DNA from: Oopsacas minuta
Lineage: Eukaryota > Animalia > Porifera
Length of the DNA: 64,000 bases
Direction: 5' to 3'
Assembly (NCBI GenBank): GCA_024704765.1
Contig: JAKMXF010000354.1
Span: 109,690-173,689 of the forward strand
Shown here: one piece after another, positions 22,307 through 32,030 of the stretch
Layout: each line of letters begins with the position of its first letter
How positions within the stretch are numbered: the first letter of the stretch is position 1
Made by a program: the position numbers and the translations under genes
Notes under the pieces: generated by a model
Told to the model about the DNA's origin: nothing
What the model saw: the letters and a program-made list of their open reading frames with translations, nothing else
The model's database searches: none

Positions 22307-23250
22307 CAATTGAGATTAATAATATAGATTACTACTCACTATTATTGAAGATAATAGAAGATAGAAGTAGCAGAATATAGCACAAAACTGTACTTCTAGC
22401 AGCCATCTAGACAGAGAACAGATAAGAGCTGTTAGTATTGAATATAACAACAATTTGTCTATTCTTTACAACTTATCAGTTACCATAAGCTTTTTCAGAA
22501 TAGATTCGGTTTTTGAATGAAAAACAAAGATTCTTGAAATTTGGATTGCAGCTACGGACTTGTAGACAATTAGTCAACGCAACGGTAGAGCCGAGCGTCG
22601 TGTTACAAATACATATCAACAAAACGCGAAGGACAGAAATAACGTGAAATGGAGTGCGCTCCAAAATTGAGGAGCGCTTAATGCTCTGCTACTATGGGTG
22701 CCGGGTGGCCTTGAGTGGTGCCAACTTGGAGTATGTGATGCGAGTCCATGCGACAATTGCCTAGTGTAACTTAAATATCATGTGGCACAAATGCACAACT
22801 TGTGAGGAACGGCGAGTGGTCGTAATAACATGTTGTAATTATATTTATTCCATTATTCGAAATAAATACAGTTGAAATCGGATTATTTTGTCCATTTGAT
22901 TGCACTGCCAAAAACGACAAAACAACCCGATAGACGAATACATCAATGATGCTAATTTCTGTTAGACAAGATTATTTTTTGTAGCTAATATACCAATTAA
23001 CAATAAACTTGAAGATTACATACTGATATCCAGTGGTAACGAATATTGAACTATTCTGTTGTAACTTTGCTATTGAATTTAACAAAAACTCAAAACATCA
23101 ATATATAGCTATTACAAATACAATCAAGATGAGAGTGTATCTCTAAAACCTATTGAAATTTAATAATATGGGAGTATAGATAGTATCAGTTCTGATATGA
23201 ATATCATATGACACTACCCTACGTGAAAGTACAGAATATGTATATTCTGT
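19690..23250 (+). repeat. Segmental tandem duplication, unit 1 (pairs with about 27070-30930)
   Basis: Collinear near-identity by eye, offset 7378 bp at FN3b and 7394 bp at the Ig exon, rising to about 7680 bp after an extra Helitron-like segment in unit 2. Confidence 0.9.
21450..22328 (-). mobile_element. Nested Helitron-like composite: a plus-strand copy (about 21785-22212) inside a minus-strand copy
   Basis: Minus-strand A|TCTATATTATTAATCTC start at 22328 followed by (GACA)7 on the plus strand. The inner copy ends with a GAGCC/GGCTC hairpin plus ACATAG|T at 22212. Reverse-oriented subrepeats (TCGGATTCAGC) at 21.5-21.7 kb. Confidence 0.55.
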
Positions 23251-23848
23251 ACTAACTATGAGGCGTGCTGGTACTCTGAACAACTTTCTCTACGTCATAA
23301 TTATCATTAGGCTATGTAAAGTAATATACTTGTTTCTCATCCCTCCCGCCCCAAACCGGAAGATTTTATTTCTATTATTTCCAAATTTATGGATAATTCT
23401 TTGATCACACAGTGTGCAATCCTCATTTTTCTAGTTGTATAGTTGAAAAATTCAATATTTTAATGCCCAGAGAGAATGTGGCGTGATATCGAAGGGTCAA
23501 AATGTGTTATATATTCACTGGCCAATAAAAAATAAAGATAAATACCGCCCGCCATGGCAGTTTCCGAAGAAATTCCGGGTGAGAAACAAGTAATTAATTT
23601 TACATGGACTAATAGTATCAATCTTAGTCATCTGTATACTGACTATTGTTAGAGTGATAATGTACAAGAAACTGAAGTCTACTAACATACAGAACCACCA
23701 CACAAACATGAGTATATACTATATAGATATAGTTCCTGTATCTCCTGGTAGAACAGCTGATCCCTTTTACACATGTATGGACCCTGAAGGTACACATTCT
23801 AGTTCTCATGAGTCTGTTAAAACTCCTCCGTATTCTAGCTTGAAGTGA
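22985..23848 (+). pseudogene. Decayed plus-strand receptor relic: FN3 fragment plus TM and cytoplasmic-tail exon (23594-23848)
   Basis: About 23205-23310 reads YDTTLRESTEYVYSVLTMRRAGT, homologous to FN3a YYTTLEIDTEYEYSVIAMNCAGN. 23594-23848 reads LILHGLIVSILVICILTIVRVIMYKKLK...IYYIDI...FYTCM...PPYSSLK*. No clean acceptor before the TM exon. Confidence 0.55.
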
Positions 23849-24115
23849 AGTGTAGATTCATTTATTTGTTTACTACGTTGTATATATCGTTTTTAGCGAA
23901 TCTATTAGTATATTTGTTGTTTAAAAGGGTAAGATCATATATTCGATAAACAAACAATAAAGTAACAAATATTATTAAGATTCTATAAATAGCATGGATA
24001 AAAACTATAGGATAGGAAAGATGAATTTAAATAGTTCAAATAATAAAATATACACTCAGGATAGGACAGGATAGGAGCTAGTAGTATATCACACCTTATT
24101 AGTTAGTTATGAGAG

Positions 24116-27100
24116 CTAGGTTAATAATACTAATAGAAATCCTCCTATAACACCAGCTACATATGGAGCTAAAATAGAATAATAATAATAATAATAAATA
24201 CGCACAAACAAACTTATTAACATTACAAATACACAAATACTAACATACCCGAACCAGTTTCTATGAAAGAAATAATGATATAATAAATAATACGTATATA
24301 CATAAGTAACATAATCAATAAAGGTATGAACTTACGCCTATTGTGTAATACTGTAGAATAAAGTAAATAAAATCATAACTCATTAGATACAAATAACAAT
24401 ACTTAGTATGTAATATGTATACCTGAATCATAATCCATACATATTGATGGTCCTCCACATTGTGATATTCGTAGACAAGCTGTAATCTCTGTATTGACAG
24501 TACCTGTAATAAAGTTATGAGGAGTTATAGCCAAACTATAGGTAGTGTCAGTAGAGAGCTGTGAGAATACATATGTTTCAGAGAACTGCCAAATGTCGCC
24601 TTGAGAATAAGAATAGTCCAGATGAAGTGAGTAGGTGAGTAGGAGGATAGGATTGCTTTCTGTATTCGTGTCGAGAGTCTAAAAATTGTATGATAGGGTA
24701 GATCTATATTATTAAATCTTAATTGTTGTCTGTCTGTCTGTTTGTCAGTTGTCAAGGAAAGGATTTACTGTAAGCAATTTTGAAATTGTCCCATAACTAT
24801 GTATTTATCGTGTTTATCAAGGAAGTTAATAGAATTCATTAAAACTTAACTAAATATAGAACATGCTGAATCCGAGTTTATGTACTCGAGGACCGTAGGC
24901 CCGAGTGTGGACACGAAGTGTTTGCAACCGCGTAGCACGAGCAAGCGAAACGTCCTCGTACTAGAAAGCTCAATTAATCTATGCGTATATATACATATTT
25001 GAATATGTTCGTATCTTCGGAATTGATTGAAGAAACTGGAGGACCCCCAGGACAGATTTTTGGCATACGAGGGTATTTCTGGCCTGGCTCGGACTATTTC
25101 GAGTCTTGAACAAAAAATTACACCAATGACGAAATTATGACGTAATTCACCTTTTGGGATTTTCAAAATATCACATTATTAGCTACTACTCAGCCACTAT
25201 TTATGCTTTAAAATATGAATCACAGGTACCCCCCTCAATATGCCGAATGTTCTGACGGTATGCTCGAAACACAAATTACACATATACTACCCAAATGCGA
25301 CATAGCAGCTCAGGTATTACCACAGAAAGCTATTGAATGGAATTTGGATGGGTCATAGATAAAATAATTTAAAATGTCCACAAAAATTAACCTCGAGGTA
25401 CGAGGTGCGAAGTAGCGAGCTTAGAGCACCCAAAAATGTAACTGTTTAATAGCTAAGCTAACCTGATACACTAAGCTGTTGCGCAGCGACCTAGCAAGGG
25501 AAGCGGGCTAGTATTACACAACGCCGAGAATATTGAAATACTAAAATTAATGGCTAATATATAAAAAGGAACTTACCCATGTAATATTAGTTCCAATATT
25601 AGTTTCGTCATAGCTGAGAGAAATATTATTGAAAGATAATGAATATTCTGGGATGTTTGTATAGATAACATCAGAAGTAGAGGTACCAGCACAGCTTCTA
25701 GCCGTAACAGAGTACTGATATACTGTATTGATAGTTAGCTGATCAGTATCTTTGTACTGTTTATCTGTTGTAGTAGTTAATAATGTATTATCACGATACA
25801 CAGAGTATTCTATAATATCTCTATCACTATCAGGGGTAGTCCAGCTGATCAGAATGTTAGCACAGTTAATATCAGGCTCAGAGAGTGTGACAATAGGACG
25901 AGAAGGAGCTACAAAATAAATAGTAAATAATTATCACTAATCAGTAAATTACTAATTATCAGAAATAAACAAATCTATATCAAATCAGCGTCTGTGCCAA
26001 CTAAAATTTTACCAAATAAATTTCTGTGGATTATTGAACTGTACTATTCTGCTAATATACATTTTAGAAAAGAAAGATAATTTGAATTTTACTAATCTTG
26101 TTAGAGATTTTAAAATGTTAAAATTGAATTCTCCGTCCCAGTTTACCCTCTTTAACAAGTGGAAGCTAATCTATAGGATAATATTGAAATGTTCACTAAA
26201 AGGTGTGATTAATCATATGATAAATGTGTACCCTACCCTGACAAAAATTCATCAATATCCAAAATTTCCACACAAATAAAGGAATAGTTGGTCTATTCTT
26301 GATGTCAATACAGTAAAAGAGTACTATTCAAAGGGTATTTGCTAATAAATTCGCTATCCATGTATTATGATAGAAAAGTTTCTAAGAATTCTATGAAATA
26401 CACGGTAATAAGTTGCATAATTTCCAACTCTGTGTACTTAGTGAAACCTATCACCTTATATCTTAATAATTTTAACCACTTTCAAAAACATAGATGTATA
26501 TTTATAGATAGTCAACCAATTTTAAAACTGAGCCCCTATACTATAAAATAGTATTCGTCGGCACGGTAAATATATTATCGTCCTTCATATAATCTCACCT
26601 CTAACAATAAAATTATTAACACCAGGAGTAGAGGTACCAGCACAGCTGCTAGCCGTAACAGAGTACTGATGCACTGTATTGATAGTCAGCTGAATAGTAT
26701 CTGTGTACTGATTGTCTGCTGTAATAATTAAAGGATTATCATTACGATACACAGAGTAAAATATAATATCTCTATCACTATCAGTAGTCCAGCTGATTAG
26801 GATGTTAGAACAGATATTATCAGGCTCAAAGAGTGTTACAATAGGAGAAGAAGGAGCTACAAATATATAGTAACTAAAGTAAACTCGTTATAACGAAGTG
26901 CTCGGGACCTCCGTTTCAATTCGTTATAAGCGGAATTTCGTTGCATCGATCTATCATTTCGTTATAAACTAAGGTTTTCTAACAATTAGATGGAAGGATT
27001 TACGGACCATTGGACTACTTAATCATAAGCGTGTTTCGTTGCATCCGACTGGGTAATAACGCGAGTCTACTGTACTATCCTATATAGTCATGAAATCCTT

Positions 27101-28726
27101 ACCATTAATACTAAGAGTTATAACTCCAGGTACAGAGCTTCCTACACAACTAATAGCATAAACAGAGTATGTGTACGAAGTATTGATAGCTAAAGGTGTA
27201 GCATCTGTATACTCTGTGTTAGTTGGATTAGCTAGGAGGTTGTCATCACGATACACAGAGTATGAAAGAATAGGTCTGTCAGTAGAAGGAGTATCCCAGC
27301 TGATACCAAAGCTAAGACAGACAGGAACCTGAAAAACATCAAGAACTGGAGAGGATGGAACTACACAGGTACCAGAACATAGGATAGAATCCACAATGTA
27401 GTGCTGTTATATGACCATTTACTTACCATGACGGTACACTTACCTCTCTCTATTATTCTATACATTATTGCTACCTATTACACCGTCATGGGAAGTAAAT
27501 AGTCATAATACAGTACAAATTAGTCATCAAATATATAACAAGGCCAGTGGCAGATCCAGGGGGAGGTGATAGGAGGATATATCCCACCACAAGGATGAAT
27601 TTATATAATATGGAATCGTAGTCACTTGTGATATCTATTGTAATTCCTACCAATACACTGAAATATTGGCACAAATTGCAAAATTCGGTTGAAACCTTGG
27701 AACTAAAGTTGTATCAAATTGGTCTTGTTGTCCAGGGGCTTAGGTACAGCTAGGGTTGCAAGATTATCAAAAGTCCAAACCCAGACAAAATTTCGCTCCA
27801 ACAATTGCGGTATGTTTTTGGCATTGAACGAGGGAATAGTAGGCGGATACCTATCGCTTTTCCAGGATATGTTTCACCAATTAATGTCAAGGAAAGTTAT
27901 AACTTTAGCGCGCACTCATTCTAGTCAAGCATCCTTATTTAAAGCTACCCACGGCTGGATAATTACCCCTCCTCACTACCAATTCCTGGATCCGGCGATA
28001 ACTTCTGGAAGACAACAAACCTCCTATAGATATTGTATTAGCTGTGTAGGTAAATTTTGAGTTACCAGCACAGTTCATAGCTATAACAGAATATTCATAT
28101 TCTGTATCTATTTCTAGAGTAGTGTAATAAGAATATGATGTGCTAGGAGTACTATGGAAATAATCTCCATTAATAAACAAATGATACATCTGTATAGATC
28201 TGTCAGTAGCTCCAGGTATCCATGATAGCTCTACATTACCAGAACAAGTTGTAGAGTCAAGATTAGCTGTTAGAGAGACAGGAGGGGAAGGAGGGGCTAG
28301 AAGGAAATATAGTGTTAAATGAATAAATAAGGTTTCATAATATTTTCAACTAACCAGCTTGTTGAATAATAATGGTTTCTGTTAAAGTAGTTCTGTCAGT
28401 AGAATCTCCATTAACTATATAATCGTTACTACAACCAAGTCTTAGACCATTATCAGCAAGAGTATAGGATAAAAGAGTTATTGTTCCTAACACATTCGCC
28501 GTATTACTAATTGGTGAATCAGCTGTTAACTTGGACAGATCAACACCTCCTTGAAAACCGACACCATTGACAATAATATCAGAAAGGGGAACAGAATTCC
28601 CAACAATAAAATTGGTAACAAGGGAGAGAAAGCTATCACCAGGATTAGGAACACTCAGGTCACAGCTGACTGTTATACTCTCTCCTGGACAAGCTAGTGC
28701 AGGATCTGAAGTTACTATACCCATAC
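24116..28726 (-). CDS. Ig-like + 4 FN3 + fifth FN3-like domain cell-surface protein, copy 2 (apparently intact, 5' exon not found). Exons 28726-28355, 28296-28021, 27360-27103, 26856-26599, 25908-25577, 24678-24423, (24350-24336), 24168-24116
   Basis: Manual splicing at AG/GT sites gives about 600 codons without a stop. Phases 1-1,1-1,1-1,1-1,1-0,0-1,(1-1),1-stop are all compatible. Ig pattern PGESITVSC...TITLLSYTLADNGLRLGC; FN3 patterns P..P...SW......Y.VY......L...T.Y.YSV.A. C-terminal hydrophobic tail PYVAGVIGGFLLVLLT*. Confidence 0.8.
24703..24964 (+). mobile_element. Short Helitron-like element in the receptor intron, 24 bp from a splice acceptor
   Basis: A|TCTATATTATTAAATC start, GTCT repeats, imperfect terminal hairpin ACGAG...CTCGT and CTAG end. 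Confidence 0.6.
25981..26107 (+). repeat. Dispersed repeat, inverted copy at about 52183-52310
   Basis: caaatcagcgtctgtgcc(a/g)actaaaattttaccaaataaatttctgtggattattgaactgtactattctgctaata is present in both places. Confidence 0.75.
26877..27072. mobile_element. CAGT-type MITE in the intron after FN3b
   Basis: (a)AGTAAACTCGTTAT ... ATAACGCGAGTCTACTG|TA; same family as 36559-36708 (shared aacgaagtgctcgggacc). Confidence 0.55.
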
Positions 28727-29947
28727 CTAAATAGAAATAATAAAGATTCAAATCACCATCTGTGTAGACTAATACTATAAATAGTATAATAGTACAGTTG
28801 TAAAATGGTTGATTAGTCTCTCTTCTATTCGGCCACCAGTTTCAGCATACTTTGTTACTACTAAATATGTCTTGAGAGAATCTCAACCAATATTTAAAAA
28901 TTTGGATAATTTGTTTACTTTATAATCATAAAAACAACAATAACCTTACATATGATTAATTCAACAGTTTGAAAATCGGATTCAGCATGTTCGATATATT
29001 AAGTGAAGTTTTATTGAATTCTATTTACTTTTTTGATGAACACTCGATACTGCATATTACTAAATCTCAATTGTTGTCTATTTGTTTGTCTGTTGTCAAG
29101 GAAAGGATTTACGGTATGCAATTTTGAAATTGTCGCATAACTATGCATTTATCGTGATTATCAAGGAAGTAAATACGTAGAATTCAATAAAACTTCACTA
29201 AAATATATTAGAACATACTGAATTCGATTTCTCACTTTGGATTAATCATATCTAAATTTATTGTTGTCTTTATGGATATAAAGCAAGGTTGCAACCGAAT
29301 AGTTCAATATTCGGTATTCGGTTAAGCAACTATTCATGAATACTGATATTCAGTTTGATCGGTTTCAACCTTGATACAAAGTATACAAATTTCAAAATTG
29401 TTGTAGAAACATGCTTTCAATGGTTATGCTGAGTCTGAGTATGGTATTGTAAACAACATCTATATTATTATATCTCAATTGTTGTCTGTTTGGTGTTTGT
29501 CCGTTGATATGTAAATATATTGTTTTATGAATAGGCTTGCTATAAACGGCTACCCAAGGGTAACTAAGTACGCTGAATCCGAATTTCGCATTTTAAGTTT
29601 CTCATATGTAGATTTATTGTTGTTGTTATGAATATAAAGGAAACAAATTAGCAAAATCTCAAAATTTACTTAGATACTTGCTCTCAACGGCAACAAAGTG
29701 GGTTGATCTTACAAAATAATTCAATAATATATATGCTATATACGATATTTGTGAATTACATTGTTGCAAATATAGCTATATTTTTAATTATTACTAAAAG
29801 GGCGCCGTCAATTTGGAGAACAATGGATACCTTGAGGCGCAATGCGCCGAATTCCTCGCGAAGCGACGAGCCAAAGGCTCGTACATAGTTATGGAACAAT
29901 TTCAAAATTGCATAACGTAAATCCTTTCCTTGTCAACGGAGACACAA

Positions 29948-29987
<40 letters not shown>

Positions 29988-30930
29988 CAATTGAGATTAA
30001 TAATATAGATTACTACTCACTATTATTGAAGATAATAGAAGATAGAAGTAGCAGAATATAGCACAAAACTGTACTTCTAGCAGCCATCTAGACAGAGAAC
30101 AGATAAGAGCTGTTAGTATTGAATATAACAACAATTTGTCTATTCTTTACAACTTATCAGTTACCATAAGCTTTTTCAGAATAGATTCGGTTTTTGAATG
30201 GAAAATAGAGATTCTTGAAATTTGGATTGCAGCTACGGACTTGTTGACAATTAGTCAACGCAACGGTAGAGCCGAGCGTCGTGTTACAATTACATATCAA
30301 CAAAACACGAAGGACAGAAATAATGTGATTGAAGTGCGCTCCAAAATTGAGGAGCGCTTAATGCCCTGCTACTATGGGTGCCCGGTGGCCTTGAGTGGTG
30401 CGAACTTGGAGCATGTGATGCGAGTCCATACGACAATTGCCTAGTGTAATCTAAATATCATGTGGCACAAATGCACAACTTGTGAGGAACGACGGGTGGT
30501 CGTAATAACATGTAATTATATTTATTCGATTATTCGAAATAAATACAGTTGAAATCGGATTATTTTGTCCATTTGATTGCTACCAAAAACTACAAAATAA
30601 CCCAATAGATGCTAATTTCTGTTAGACAAGATTATTTTTTGTAGCTAATATACCAATTGACAATAAACTTGAAGATTACATACTGATATACAGTGGTAAC
30701 TGAATATTGAACTATTCTGTTGTAACTTTGCTATTGAATTTAACAAAAACTGAAAATATCAATATATAGCTATTATAAATGCAATCAAGATGAGAGTGTA
30801 TCTCTAAAACCTATTGAAATTTAATAATATGGGAGTATAGATAGTATCAGTTCTGATATGAATATCATATGACACTACCCTACATGGAAATACAGAATAT
30901 GTATATTCTATAGCTATAAGTTCGTGCTGG
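27070..30930 (+). repeat. Segmental tandem duplication, unit 2
   Basis: See unit 1. Carries an extra about 420-bp Helitron-like segment (about 29050-29470) between direct repeats of atattatta(a/t)atctcaattgttgt, and (GACA)8 versus (GACA)7. Confidence 0.9.
28850..30009 (-). mobile_element. Nested Helitron-like composite, longer version of 21450-22328
   Basis: Same termini, hairpins and subrepeats; minus-strand A|TC start at 30009. Confidence 0.55.
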
Positions 30931-31455
30931 TAACTCTATTAACACAATAGCTGATCCTATAACTTCTGGAGGTTTTTTGTATATTTTCTGTTGAAAAATT
31001 TTCAATGAGAGCAATAAATGATCTCATTTGGCTCCTTCCTCTCGTATTGTGACACTCTCTAAGCCTAATGATAACTGTACTAACATTGTATCAGTTGGAC
31101 TACTCCTGATAGTGATAGATATATTATATTATACTCTGTATATCGTAGTAATACATTATTAACTACTACAATAGATAATTATAATCATTATATCAGATAC
31201 TAATCAGCTGACAATCAGCAGGGCCGTAAGAGCTGGTACGGCAGGTACGGCGCTCGCGCACCAATGATTCAGAATTTCTATTACTATTAATGGTCATATG
31301 TAATGAATGCCGCACCAACACAATGTACCTAGCCGTACCAATAATTATTTGCTTCCTACGTCCCTGTGATCAATACAGTATATCAGTACACTGTTACAGC
31401 TATTAGCTGTGCTGGTACCTCTACTCCTGGTGTTCTAAGACACTCACATTGCAAG
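30790..31455 (+). pseudogene. Plus-strand receptor relic: FN3a-like fragment (to 30971), 60-bp intron, FN3c-like pseudo-exon (31032-31455)
   Basis: YDTTLHGNTEYVYS..IA..CAGNSINTIADPITSG|gt, then PSSRIVTLSKPNDNCTNI...YSV...YTVTAISCAGTSTPG with frameshifts, a mutated acceptor (tttgg) and a MITE insertion. Confidence 0.75.
31219..31366. mobile_element. 148-bp hAT-like MITE inserted in the FN3 pseudo-exon
   Basis: CAGGGCCGTA...TACGTCCCTG termini and subterminal GGTACGGC/GCCGTACC; absent from the paralogous exons. No clean TSD visible. Confidence 0.6.
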
Positions 31456-32030
31456 CGAGTCAGTCACCATTTGTTCGCTTTATCCGGAGTAACGTCGCAC
31501 ATGGTCCATGCCATTAGGGCTTAGGGCACTAATTAGTAGAGATCTACAATTTCCGCAGTAATAATATTCATTAAAATTAAAGGGTCCAAGAATTTCAAAT
31601 ATTACCAGTAGAGTCCTGGAGGGCCGACCGGAGATTTGTCACTAGAGCGGCACGGGTGGTTTCGTACTTTAAATTATATTTAGTTCAAAATGTAATTTTA
31701 TTTTTATTATTATTAGACTTAAACATTCAACCACAGAGAGGCAAGATAAAACTGAAGCTCTTTGGTTTCACATTTGGTAAACGATAGCATTTCCAAAGAG
31801 TTGCAGAGTACTTTCTTGTATGCAAAAGGTTGGCTCTATCTGTATTGCTAATAAGATAAAATACTCTTACCTTGTGCTTGATACTTTAATTCCAATACAG
31901 AAAATATACCATGTGATAAACAAAAAATGAATATTGACCTACTCAATCAAGATATACATCATTGCTTGTATTGATATAACTGATATAAAGACCTGAATTA
32001 GCAGCTAATTAATAACTTAGGGATACATTA

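Noticed and set aside
22028-22327. Duplicated ORF MILQNNSII... (also 29703-29888)
   Set aside because: Lies entirely in Helitron-like repeat, reads through the hairpin and GACA microsatellite, and differs by a frameshift between copies.
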